Assembly: GCA_964594835.1 (NCBI GenBank)
Contig: CAZQNA010000013.1
Span: forward strand, 1-40,573
Length of the DNA stretch: 40,573 nt
Origin: an uncultured Nitrososphaerota archaeon
GTDB taxonomy: Archaea > Korarchaeota > Korarchaeia > Korarchaeales > Korarchaeaceae
Direction: 5' to 3'
Position numbers and translations under genes: made by a program. The notes below the pieces were generated by a model. That model searched no databases, had not been told where the DNA came from, and saw nothing but the letters and a program-made list of their open reading frames with translations. Shown here piece after piece: positions 27,679-36,491 of this stretch. Positions within the stretch are counted from its first letter, which is position 1. Each line of letters begins with the position of its first letter.

Positions 27679-28553
27679 CGCCGCTCCAGCGCGCCGATAA
27701 CGCGGGCGACCAGCTTGGCCACCAGGTAGGGGGCGTCGGGGCGGGCAGAGCAGTCTCCAAGTTCCACAAAGTCCACCGCTACGGCCCTGACCTCGGCCAG
27801 GATGGTCTCCACCGCCTGGACCGCCTCGTACCAGTCCAGCCCGCCCGGCTCCGGGCACCCCGTGCAGGGGACCAGCGAGGGATCCAACACGTCGACGTCG
27901 AAGCTGACGTAGGCCTCCGCCCCCTCGAGACCCCCGAGGGCCCTGGACAGGGTGGTCGGGTCCCTCTTCAGGTCCCAGGCCCAGACGACCTTCACGCCCC
28001 TCCTCCGGGCGGCCTCAACCTCCTCTCTACCCGCCGATCTTGCACCTACGACCAGGGACGCTGTCGCCCTCTCAGAGCACCTGGCCGTCACGGAGGCGTG
28101 CCCCCTTCGGCTCCCCTCGAACTCGTCGTACGAGTCGAGGTGAGCGTCGAGGGAGATGAAGGCCAAACCGCCGGCCGAGCCGACCCCGGCAAACGAGCCG
28201 ATCGTGACGCTGTGATCCCCGCCCAGGACGATCGGGGTCTTCCCGTCAGACGCTATCCTCCGGGTGAGGCTCTCCACGAGCTCTAGAACCGCCTCGTGAT
28301 CTCCCCTCGGAACTGAGGGCTCCGGGAGCGTGTGGATGGGGAGCTCGGAGAGGTCGAGGTCGGAGTGGGGGTCGAACGTCTCCAGACGGAGGGACGCGTC
28401 TATCACCTGCCTGGGGCCGAACCTGGCCCCGGGGCGGCAGCTGGCCGTTGAGTCGTATGGGACCGGCAGGATGACGTAGCGCGCGTCCTCGTAGGGCACA
28501 CTATACCCTAGAAAAGCCCTCTCGGGGCCCCATGGCCCCCTCGGCCTCGACAT
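27672..28553 (-). CDS. speB: Agmatinase (ureohydrolase family)
   Basis: PYDST...PGARFGP, GGDHSVT, DAHLD, SFDVDVLDP and PEPGGL. Confidence 0.92.
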   Translation of the reverse strand: MSRPRGPWGPERAFLGYSVPYEDARYVILPVPYDSTASCRPGARFGPRQVIDASLRLETFDPHSDLDLSELPIHTLPEPSVPRGDHEAVLELVESLTRRIASDGKTPIVLGGDHSVTIGSFAGVGSAGGLAFISLDAHLDSYDEFEGSRRGHASVTARCSERATASLVVGARSAGREEVEAARRRGVKVVWAWDLKRDPTTLSRALGGLEGAEAYVSFDVDVLDPSLVPCTGCPEPGGLDWYEAVQAVETILAEVRAVAVDFVELGDCSARPDAPYLVAKLVARVIGALERRQ

Positions 28554-28572
28554 CCGGGACCTCTACCCCGGC

Positions 28573-28779
28573 TCAGCCAGACACAGGGGTCCCTTTAACC
28601 TTCTCCGAGGTCGTCTCCTCCTCGACGCTCACCACCTGGGCCTCCACGAGCGGCTCGAACTCGGGCCTTGAGGCCAGGTAGAGATACTCCACGTACAGGG
28701 CAGTATCCCAGTCATCGGCTACGATGGGGGACACAACATCGATGTAATCGGTCTCCACGACATCACCCCCCGTATTCAT
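28573..28779 (-). CDS. Small acidic hypothetical protein (68 aa)
   Basis: ATG start about 20 nt after a minus-strand TTTATTA. Coding-like codon usage. It fills the gap directly upstream of speB. Confidence 0.55.
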   Translation of the reverse strand: MNTGGDVVETDYIDVVSPIVADDWDTALYVEYLYLASRPEFEPLVEAQVVSVEEETTSEKVKGTPVSG

Positions 28780-29141
28780 TGAAGGGCGGGGGATCTAATA
28801 AACTAAGCTTCGGCATTAGACCCCGGGCGTTTTGTATACAGGCGTATCGGCCCACTGCAGCAAACATTTGACGGAGCGGGAGGGTAGGGTGTTCCCTCCG
28901 CGTGGCAACCGGCGCGGTGGATCGGAAAGTATATTTTACTACTGTAAAATGTCACGCGCTTGCACCCGTCTGTAGCGGAGGTATTTCAATTGGATCTCAC
29001 ATTCAAAAGGGGAGAAGGGGGCACTTTCTGGAGGGGAAAGACGCTCTGGGCTTATGTTGGGAGAATATTGAGAAAACCATTAAATAGTCCGTAGCCTAAT
29101 CTGCCAGGCTCCCACGAGAGCCGAACTAGGAGGGAGAGAGC

Positions 29142-29390
29142 ATGTCCGCCAGGCGCGTTGGTGTGCCCATGACCGACCGGATACTGGAGTTCCTCGAGCA
29201 GAGGCAGCCCGGGCTGAAGAGCCAGGTCTGGAAGATCTTCTACCCGATGAGGGAGAGCGACCCGATTGAGGTCAGCGTCAAGCCCGGGGCCCTGGGGGGC
29301 AGCACCCTGGAGCTCCAGTTCGAGGGGATGACCCTCACCGTCAAGGAGGAGGCAGTTCCGGAGAGGGGCGGGAGGCCTGGGGGCTTCTGA
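29142..29390 (+). CDS. Small hypothetical protein (82 aa), monocistronic
   Basis: BRE-TATA GAAAACCATTAAATA (29072-86), SD GGAGG, strongly GC3-biased codons and a pyrimidine-rich tail downstream. Confidence 0.8.
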   Translation: MSARRVGVPMTDRILEFLEQRQPGLKSQVWKIFYPMRESDPIEVSVKPGALGGSTLELQFEGMTLTVKEEAVPERGGRPGGF

Positions 29391-29400
29391 GCCCCCCTAA

Positions 29401-29420
29401 CTCTTTCTGAATCTCTTTCT
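29401..29420 (+). terminator. Pyrimidine-rich terminator-like tract
   Basis: CTCTTTCT occurs twice just after the stop of the 82-aa gene. Confidence 0.4.
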
Positions 29421-29534
29421 CCGCGGCCGCCGGTCGCGCAGTTTCCCATAACGGCGCGCGGGGCTCTCGATTGATGGAAAAGATTTAGTCATTTCCACCA
29501 ACCCACAATTCTCGTGGGCTGGTGAGGCTGAGAG

Positions 29535-29801
29535 ATGCCCTCTGACGTGGTAATTCCAGTTTCAAGTCCATCAGAGGCGGCCGCCGGTCAGACTGGACTG
29601 TGGCGAGTGTTCAAGCCCGTGATCGACAAGAGCAAGTGCGTCAAGTGCTGGGTCTGCGCCCTTTACTGCATGGAGGACGTGATAGACGAGGGGCCGGACG
29701 GGTACCCCGTCGTGGACTATGAGTTCTGCAAGGGCTGCGGGATCTGCGCCAACGAGTGCCCCACCAAAGCCATAGAAATGGTCCCGGAGGTGAGGGAGTG
29801 A
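29535..29801 (+). CDS. porD: 2-oxoacid:ferredoxin oxidoreductase delta subunit
   Basis: TGLWRVFKP and two 4Fe-4S motifs, CVKCWVCALYC and CKGCGICANECP. Confidence 0.93.
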   Translation: MPSDVVIPVSSPSEAAAGQTGLWRVFKPVIDKSKCVKCWVCALYCMEDVIDEGPDGYPVVDYEFCKGCGICANECPTKAIEMVPEVRE

Positions 29802-31000
29802 TGCAGAGGCAGGCAGAGAGGGGGAGGTGGGACATAATCACCGGGAACCACGCCGTGGCCCACGCGGCCAGGCTAGCCCGGGTGAAGGTCGTGCCGGCCT
29901 ATCCGATCACCCCCCAGACGACGATCGTGGAGTACATTGCCGACTTCATAGAGAGTGGGGAGATGGACGCCGAGTACGTCAGGGTGGAGAGCGAGCACAG
30001 CGCCATGGCCGCCGCCATAGGGGCCGCCTCCGTGGGCGCCAGGACGTTCACGGCGACGGCCAGCCAGGGGCTCCTCCTGATGCACGAGGTCCTGCACTGG
30101 GCGGCCGGCTCCAGGCTGCCGATAGGGATGGCGATCGTCAACAGGGCCGTCGGGCCCCCGTGGAGCATCCACGTCGATCACCAGGACGCCATCTCCCAGA
30201 GGGACACAGGGTGGATGATCCAGTTCGTCTCCTCGAATCAGGAGGCCCTGGACACCGTGCTGATGATGTACAAGGTCGCAGAGAGGGCCGACGTGCTTCT
30301 GCCCTTCATGGTGTGCCTCGACGGATTCGTCCTGAGCCACACCTTCCAGCCAGTCAACATACCCGACCAGGCCGACGTCGACGCCTTCCTGCCCGAGTAC
30401 CGGCCGCCCCACTGGGTCATGGACCCCGAGCGCCCGATCACATACGGCAACCTCGTGATGCCCGACAGGGAGTACATGGAGATGAGGTGGTCCATCCACG
30501 AGGCCATGCTGAGGGCGAAGGAGGCGATACGGGAGGTGGCGGGGGAGTTCAGAGAGGCCTTCGGCCGTTTCCACGGGGACCTCGTCTGGGAGTACCGCGT
30601 GGAGGACGCCGACGTCCTGATCCTGACGACGGGTACCCTGGCCTCCGAGGCCGAGGAGGCGGTCGACCTCCTGAGGTCGAGGGGCGTGGAGGCGGGCCTG
30701 CTGAAGGTGAGGAGCTACAGGCCCTTCCCGGAGGAGGAGGTGGTCAGGCTGGCGGAGGGCAGGGAGGCCCTCGTGGTCATCGACAGGAGCCTCTCGTTCG
30801 GGCAGGCCGGCCCCCTCGCCACGGACGTCAGGGCGGCCCTCTTCGCCGCCGGGGTCTCTACACCCGTCGTGGGGTTCGTAACCGGGCTCGGCGGGCGCGA
30901 CATAACGTACGGGGACATAGCAGAGATGGTCGAGATCGCGAGGGAGAGGGTCAGGGAGGGCCGGATCAGACCCGTGGAGTGGTACAAGCTTAGGGGGTGA
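29801..31000 (+). CDS. porA: Pyruvate/2-ketoisovalerate:ferredoxin oxidoreductase alpha subunit
   Basis: GNHAVA, YPITPQT, ESEHSA, TATASQG, DGFVLSH and GLGGRD. TGATG coupling to porD. Confidence 0.93.
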   Translation: MQRQAERGRWDIITGNHAVAHAARLARVKVVPAYPITPQTTIVEYIADFIESGEMDAEYVRVESEHSAMAAAIGAASVGARTFTATASQGLLLMHEVLHWAAGSRLPIGMAIVNRAVGPPWSIHVDHQDAISQRDTGWMIQFVSSNQEALDTVLMMYKVAERADVLLPFMVCLDGFVLSHTFQPVNIPDQADVDAFLPEYRPPHWVMDPERPITYGNLVMPDREYMEMRWSIHEAMLRAKEAIREVAGEFREAFGRFHGDLVWEYRVEDADVLILTTGTLASEAEEAVDLLRSRGVEAGLLKVRSYRPFPEEEVVRLAEGREALVVIDRSLSFGQAGPLATDVRAALFAAGVSTPVVGFVTGLGGRDITYGDIAEMVEIARERVREGRIRPVEWYKLRG

Positions 31001-31005
31001 TCTCG

Positions 31006-31899
31006 ATGGCGAGAACCGTGATGGACCTGGCCAAGGGGCCCAAGTACGTCCTCCCCGGCTCCGCCGCGTGCCCGGGCTGCGGAGCCCAGGTGGCGCTGAA
31101 GTGGGTCCTCAAGGTGCTCGAGGGGAGGGCCGTCTTCGTCATACCGGCCTGCTGCACCAGCGTCATTCAGGGTCCGTACCCGAGGAGCTCCTTCAAGTTC
31201 CCGGTCTACAACATGGCCTTCGCTGCCGCCGCCTCAACGGCCTCGGGGATGACCAGGGCGCTGAGGGCCCTCGGAGAGGAAGACGTCTACGTGGTGGCGT
31301 GGGCCGGCGACGGCGGGACCTACGACATAGGCCTCCAGGCCCTCTCCGGGGCGGCGGAGAGGAACGAGGACATGATCTACATATGCTACGACAACGAGGC
31401 CTACATGAACACCGGCATCCAGAGGTCCGGCGCGACCCCGCCGAAGGCCTGGACGAAGACCACCCCCACAGGCAAGGCCGAGATGAAGAAGAACATGGCC
31501 CTCATCGTGGCGGCCCACGGGGTCCCGTACGTGGCCACGGCGAGCATAGGGTATCCGGCCGACTTCCTCAGGAAGATCGAGAAGGCCAAGCAGGTCAGGG
31601 GGTTCAGGTACATCCAGATCTTCGCCCCCTGCCCGACCGGGTGGAACTTCCCGGTGGACAAGACCATAGAGGTGGCGAAGCTGGCCGTGGACACCTACGT
31701 CTGGCCCCTCTTCGAGGTGGAGGAGGGGAGGCTCAGGATCACAGTCAGGCCCAAGAGGAGGCCGCTCAGGGACTACACGAGCCTCCAGAGGAGGTTCAGG
31801 CACCTCTCGGACGCCGACCTGGAGGAGCTCGAGCGCGCATTCCTCGCAAGGTGGGAGGCGCTGGAGAAGCTCGAGGCCCAGGGGACCATATTCATCTAG
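31006..31899 (+). CDS. porB: 2-oxoacid:ferredoxin oxidoreductase beta subunit
   Basis: ACPGCG, TPP-binding GDGGTYDIG...DNEAYMNTG.QRS, and PCPTGW. Confidence 0.93.
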   Translation: MARTVMDLAKGPKYVLPGSAACPGCGAQVALKWVLKVLEGRAVFVIPACCTSVIQGPYPRSSFKFPVYNMAFAAAASTASGMTRALRALGEEDVYVVAWAGDGGTYDIGLQALSGAAERNEDMIYICYDNEAYMNTGIQRSGATPPKAWTKTTPTGKAEMKKNMALIVAAHGVPYVATASIGYPADFLRKIEKAKQVRGFRYIQIFAPCPTGWNFPVDKTIEVAKLAVDTYVWPLFEVEEGRLRITVRPKRRPLRDYTSLQRRFRHLSDADLEELERAFLARWEALEKLEAQGTIFI

Positions 31900-33695
31900 G
31901 ACCAGGGATCCCGCGGGCGCGTCTCCCCGAGGTACCCGAGCTCGGCCCTCCTGAGGGCCTCCCTCAGCGCCGCCTCGTACCCCCTCTTTTTCGACATCCT
32001 CAGGACCTCCACCGCCAGGTCCCATCGCTCGACGGGCTCCTCGAACAGTATGGCCGCCAGCCTGGCCTCCATCTCCCTGACCTCGGGGTCCACCCGCGGC
32101 TGGCCCCTCAGGGCGAGGCTGAACAGCGCCGTGAGGGCGGCCACCAGGATGGAGAGCGGTATCAGCGGCCCCAGGATGGAGAGGGTCAGGGCCTCGTCCA
32201 GCGCCCTGTAGGCTGAGGAGAAGTCTCCGGCCAGCCTGTAGCCCTTGGCCGCCTCCACCAAGTCCCTCACCTGGCCAGCCAGGGGGTTGAGCGGCTTGGT
32301 CCCGTTGAGGACGGTCATGACGAAGCTGGCCCTGACCTCCAGCGGGTCTCCCACCTCGACGGGCCTGAGGGGCAGGTTGAAGCCCAGGGCGGAGAAGTAG
32401 TCGGAGAGGTCCTCCCCGGCCGCCCTGCTGAGGTAGTAGACCAGCTCGTCGATCTCGTCTACCTCGGCCCCGTCGGCCCGGATCTCCTGGAAGAACTTCT
32501 TGTAGAAGCCCAGGCCACCGTATCTCTCCCCGAGATCCGAGAAGACGTAGAGGCTGGCCAGGTAGTAGGTGGCCGGGTCCGGCGGTGAGCCCCCTCCCCT
32601 CCAGTCCTGCAGGAAGCCGAGATTCCTCACCTCCTGGAAGACCAGCCTCGACAGGTTGATGTCCTCCTGGCCAGCGTCCGGGTAGCCGTTCTCCCGGAGT
32701 ATGAGGTAGCTGAGGTACTGGGCCAGGCCCTCGTGGGCCCACCTCAGCTCAGTCGAGAGGCCCGCTCGCAGCATGTACTGGTGCAGGAGCTCGTGTACCA
32801 GGGTCTCGGGGAGGTAGCTCTCAGGGTAGCGAACAAGCATGAGGTTGAGGGACACCTTGCCGGGCGTGATCACGTCCTCCATCAGGAGGGCCGGGCTGGA
32901 CACGCTCGTGAAGCCCAGGACCGCGATCTCCTCGGGGTCCGAGGGGATGAAGAACCTCATGGAGATGGGGATCTCCGGCATGTCGGTGACGTCGGAGACG
33001 GCCGGCTGGAACCTCGTGTAGATCTCGGTGACGTTCTCGGCCACGTCGACGTACCTCTCCGGCGTCGTCAGGGTGAGGGCCCCGGCCGTGAGGTTGACCA
33101 GCCTGGGCTCCTCGGTTGTCTTGAAGACCACCATCACCCTGTGACCGGAGTCGGAGCCCGGCGGGATCGGGAAGGTGAGGTAGAGCAGGCCTCCGGAGGT
33201 CTCCTTGGAGCTCGGGTCTTCCTCCCTGCCGTCGACGAAGGACGCCTCGACCTCAAAGCTGGCGGGCATCCTGACGACGACCTCGCCCGGGTAGGTGGGG
33301 TCGTACCCCACCAGGGTCGAGAAGAAGACCCCGTTGGGCTCGACTATGAAGGAGCCGAACCTGTAGCTGTAGCTCATCTGGAGTGACGCGCCGGCCTCGA
33401 ACTGGAATGTGAGGTTGCTGTAGAAGTAGTAGGCCGTGTCCCGCTGCAGGCTGGTTGAGGTGATCCCGTCCTTGGAGAGGGAGTACTCCCTGAACTTGGG
33501 GACCATGATCCAGGCCCTGCCGGGCTCGTCCGAGGTGAACCTCGCGACCAGGGACACGGTGCCGTTCTCGTGTATCGTGAACTCGTAGGTGAAGCCGGCC
33601 TGGTTGGGCTCAGCCCACAGAGGAACCGCGTGGGGGGAGGCGAGCAGGGCGAGCATCAGAAGCGCCGCGAGAGCCGCTTGAACCCTCTCAGTCAC
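31896..33695 (-). CDS. Secreted, membrane-anchored zinc metallopeptidase (gluzincin/MA clan)
   Basis: N-terminal signal peptide, HELLH (HExxH) followed by WAHEGLAQY, a C-terminal TM helix and a short cytoplasmic tail. Confidence 0.8.
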   Translation of the reverse strand: MTERVQAALAALLMLALLASPHAVPLWAEPNQAGFTYEFTIHENGTVSLVARFTSDEPGRAWIMVPKFREYSLSKDGITSTSLQRDTAYYFYSNLTFQFEAGASLQMSYSYRFGSFIVEPNGVFFSTLVGYDPTYPGEVVVRMPASFEVEASFVDGREEDPSSKETSGGLLYLTFPIPPGSDSGHRVMVVFKTTEEPRLVNLTAGALTLTTPERYVDVAENVTEIYTRFQPAVSDVTDMPEIPISMRFFIPSDPEEIAVLGFTSVSSPALLMEDVITPGKVSLNLMLVRYPESYLPETLVHELLHQYMLRAGLSTELRWAHEGLAQYLSYLILRENGYPDAGQEDINLSRLVFQEVRNLGFLQDWRGGGSPPDPATYYLASLYVFSDLGERYGGLGFYKKFFQEIRADGAEVDEIDELVYYLSRAAGEDLSDYFSALGFNLPLRPVEVGDPLEVRASFVMTVLNGTKPLNPLAGQVRDLVEAAKGYRLAGDFSSAYRALDEALTLSILGPLIPLSILVAALTALFSLALRGQPRVDPEVREMEARLAAILFEEPVERWDLAVEVLRMSKKRGYEAALREALRRAELGYLGETRPRDPWS

Positions 33696-33748
33696 GATCT
33701 GGAGACCGCCGTCCCGAATTAATTAGTTTCACCAGGCGAACGCCGCGG

Positions 33749-35086
33749 GTGACAGACTTGGAGAGGGTCCTGATCAGGGGCCTCACGGCGGTGGTCACTC
33801 AGGACGAGCAGAGGAGGGTCCTTCGGGACGCCGACATCCTCATAGAGGGGAGCGAGATAGCGGCGGTCGGGAGAGACATCCCGGGGCCCGCCGACCTGGT
33901 CGTCGACGGGAGGGGAAAGGTGGCGATCCCGGGGCTCATCAACGCGCACACCCACATACCCATGACCCTGTTCCGCGGGGTCGCCGACGACATGGACCTG
34001 ATGACCTGGCTCCAGGAGAAGATATGGCCCATGGAGGCGCACCTGACCGCCGATGAGGTGGCCGCCGGGGCCGCCCTGGGGATGTACGAGGCCCTCAGGA
34101 CCGGGACCACCACCTTCGCCGACATGTACTTCTTCGAGGACGCCATAGCTGAGGAGGCCATCAAGCTGAACATCCGGGCCGTCCTCGCGGAGAGTTACAT
34201 AGGCTTCGGGAGCCCGGTCGTGCGAGACGGCTGGAAGGCGTTCGAGTACGCGAAGGAGTTCGTCAGGAGGTGGAAGGGGAGGCACGACATGATAACCCCC
34301 TCGCTGGGGCCGCACGCCCCCTACTCGGTCGAGCCGGACCTCCTCAGGGCCTCCGCAGAGGCCGCCAGGGAACTCGGGGTCCCGCTGCAGATCCACCTGG
34401 CCGAGGACAGGTCGGAGGTCGAGAAGGTGACGAAGGACTATGGAAAGACCCCCGTGAGGCACGTCGAGTCCCTGGGGCTCTTCGAGGGGAACAGGGTCAT
34501 CGCGGCCCACGTGGTTCACCCGCAGGACGGCGAGATCCAGATCCTGAGGGAGCGCGGGGTGCTCGTCGCCCACAACCCGATAAGCAACATGAAGTGCGGC
34601 GCTGGCTTCGCCCCGATCCCTGACTACCTGAGGGAGGGCGTGCTGGTCGGCCTCGGAACGGACGGGGCGGGAAGCAACAACTGCCTCGACATGTTCGAGA
34701 CTATGAAGGTCGCGGCCCTGATACACAAGGGGTACACCGGCGACCCGAAGGTGGTCTCCGCCCAGGAGGCGCTGGACATGGCCACGGTCCTCCCGGCAAG
34801 GGCACTTGGCCTGAACGTGGGGTCGATCGAGCCCGGCAGGCTTGCGGACATAGTTCTGGTCTCGACCGAGTCGCCGTGGTGGAGGCCCCTCCACTCGATA
34901 GTCTCGCACATCGTCTACGCGGCCAGGTCCACGGACGTCACCCACGTGTTCGTCGGCGGGAAGCTCTCCATAGAGGACGGCAGGCTCTTGACGGCCGACC
35001 CGGGGGAGATCGTCAGGAGGGCAGAGGATGCGGCGCTGAGGCTCATGGAGAAGGGCGGAGTGGAGTCCTTCCTCAGCGGCGCCTGA
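33749..35086 (+). CDS. mtaD: Amidohydrolase, MTA/SAH (5'-deoxyadenosine) deaminase type
   Basis: PGLINAHTH, GTTTFADMY, PHAPYS, IHLAE, AAH, HNPISNMK and LGTDGAGSNN.LDMF. Confidence 0.88.
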   Translation: MTDLERVLIRGLTAVVTQDEQRRVLRDADILIEGSEIAAVGRDIPGPADLVVDGRGKVAIPGLINAHTHIPMTLFRGVADDMDLMTWLQEKIWPMEAHLTADEVAAGAALGMYEALRTGTTTFADMYFFEDAIAEEAIKLNIRAVLAESYIGFGSPVVRDGWKAFEYAKEFVRRWKGRHDMITPSLGPHAPYSVEPDLLRASAEAARELGVPLQIHLAEDRSEVEKVTKDYGKTPVRHVESLGLFEGNRVIAAHVVHPQDGEIQILRERGVLVAHNPISNMKCGAGFAPIPDYLREGVLVGLGTDGAGSNNCLDMFETMKVAALIHKGYTGDPKVVSAQEALDMATVLPARALGLNVGSIEPGRLADIVLVSTESPWWRPLHSIVSHIVYAARSTDVTHVFVGGKLSIEDGRLLTADPGEIVRRAEDAALRLMEKGGVESFLSGA

Positions 35087-35636
35087 GGCCGGCGACCATC
35101 TCGGCGTAGGTCTGGGAGACGGCCCTCCCCTCGAGGCCCAGCCGGCGGAGCAGGTCTCTAACCTCGTCCGCCGGCCCCTCAATCTCCACGAACTCGCCCA
35201 ATCCGTCGACCCTGTCGAGGTAGGCCCTCGAGCGGAGGCCCCCGAGGCTGACGGGCACCCGAACCTTCCTCACGACGACCACCGGGGTCAGGCCAGCGGG
35301 GGCCATCGCCTCCTCCGGATCCGGCTCGGGGCTGAGGCCCGCCGCCTCCAGGGCTCGGGCCGCCTCAACGCTTCCCGGAGGACCCTCCAGCTCAACCCGA
35401 GACTTCACGCCCCCCTCAAAGCTCATGGGCCCCTTGTAGGTGACGACGATTCCCTCGGAAGACCTCCTAATCCTCAGGGCGACCCCGCTCTTGGTCAGCC
35501 TGCGGTCCGGGTAGTCGTAGAACGTGTCGACCTGCTCAACGGGCCTCCCCAGGGAGAAGGGTACGCCCGCGCGCTTCAGGGCCTCAAGGAACTCCCCGTG
35601 GGACACCCTCAGCTTTGCCTCCTCCTCGACCGGCAA
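35073..35636 (-). CDS. cyaB: CYTH-domain protein (class IV adenylate cyclase-like)
   Basis: EEEAK (ExExK), QVDTFY, ALRIR, TYKGP, KVR, LDRVDGLGEFVEIE and TY. Confidence 0.88.
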   Translation of the reverse strand: MPVEEEAKLRVSHGEFLEALKRAGVPFSLGRPVEQVDTFYDYPDRRLTKSGVALRIRRSSEGIVVTYKGPMSFEGGVKSRVELEGPPGSVEAARALEAAGLSPEPDPEEAMAPAGLTPVVVVRKVRVPVSLGGLRSRAYLDRVDGLGEFVEIEGPADEVRDLLRRLGLEGRAVSQTYAEMVAGLRRR

Positions 35637-35672
35637 CTCTGAGAACCTCCGGATGGGGAAGGCGGCGGGGCC

Positions 35673-35760
35673 TGGTGCGGGGGGTGGGATTTGAACCCAC
35701 GAACCCCTGAGGGAGCGGATCTTAAGTCCGCCGCCTTTGACCTGGCTCGGCCACCCCCGC
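35673..35760 (-). tRNA. tRNA-Leu(TAA), long variable arm, CCA encoded
   Basis: Reverse complement GCGGGGG...GCGGA-CT-TAA-GA-TCCGC-(variable arm)-GTGGG-TTCAAAT-CCCAC-CCCCCGC-ACCA. Promoter AACCTATATAA at about 35795-35785. Confidence 0.96.
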
Positions 35761-35762
35761 CC

Positions 35763-35782
35763 GCGGTCAGGGCCCTGACCGC
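35763..35782. repeat. Perfect 20-bp palindrome GCGGTCAGGG|CCCTGACCGC
   Basis: Seen directly, between the tRNA-Leu 5' end and the shared TATA. Confidence 0.9.
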
Positions 35783-35827
35783 ACTTATATAGGTTAGAGC
35801 CGCCTGAGGCGCGATGAGTCTGGTCGG

Positions 35828-36178
35828 GTGTCGGCGTTGAGCGAGGGCAGGACGGAGGAGATACCGCTGGCTGTGGTGGACAACGAGATCCTAGCTCTTG
35901 GATTCGAGATGGTGGGAGTGAAGGCTGTGATCCTTAGGGGGAGGCGGAAGCTCCTTGAGTTCTTCAGGGAGCAGGAGAAATCGCTTCCACATGTCGTGTT
36001 CGTCAACGAGAGAGTCTTTGAGGAGATAGAGCCCTATAGAGCTGACATGCTCCGTAAGGGTAAGATCAAGCCTGTTTTTGCCGTCGTGCCTGACCTAGAG
36101 AGGCCGAGGGGAGTCAGGCTCCGCCAGCTCCGTCAGCTCCTTCTGAAAGCCCTCGGTACCGAGGAGATCAAGATCTGA
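35828..36178 (+). CDS. atpF: A/V-type ATP synthase subunit F
   Basis: LAVV...LALGFEMVGV...VFVNE...P.FAVVPD...KALG. First gene of the operon; the start could be TTG 35837. Confidence 0.75.
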   Translation: MSALSEGRTEEIPLAVVDNEILALGFEMVGVKAVILRGRRKLLEFFREQEKSLPHVVFVNERVFEEIEPYRADMLRKGKIKPVFAVVPDLERPRGVRLRQLRQLLLKALGTEEIKI

Positions 36179-36185
36179 GAGGGGG

Positions 36186-36491
36186 GTGGGGATGCCAAGA
36201 CTTATTGAGATCGTCCTTCGAATCGAGGAGGAGGCAAAACGAATCCTGGAAGAGGCCGAGAGAGAGGCGGAGAGAATAATCAAGGAAGCGGAAGAGGAGC
36301 GTGACAGGATCCTAAAGGAGGCCAGGGAGGCCAAGATAGAGGTCGGGGTCAGAGCGGATGCCGCGAAGGAAATACGGGAGATTCTTGAGAAGGCTAAGAA
36401 GCAGGCCGAGGAGATGGAGAGGAAGGCCAACTCAAACATGGAGAGAGCCGTAGAGTTCATAGTGAGGGAGGTGCTCAGCGGTGGCGGGTGA
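36186..36491 (+). CDS. atpH: A/V-type ATP synthase peripheral stalk subunit H (G)
   Basis: EEEAKRILEEAEREAERII coiled coil ending ERAVEFIV. Located in the atp operon. Confidence 0.78.
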   Translation: MGMPRLIEIVLRIEEEAKRILEEAEREAERIIKEAEEERDRILKEAREAKIEVGVRADAAKEIREILEKAKKQAEEMERKANSNMERAVEFIVREVLSGGG

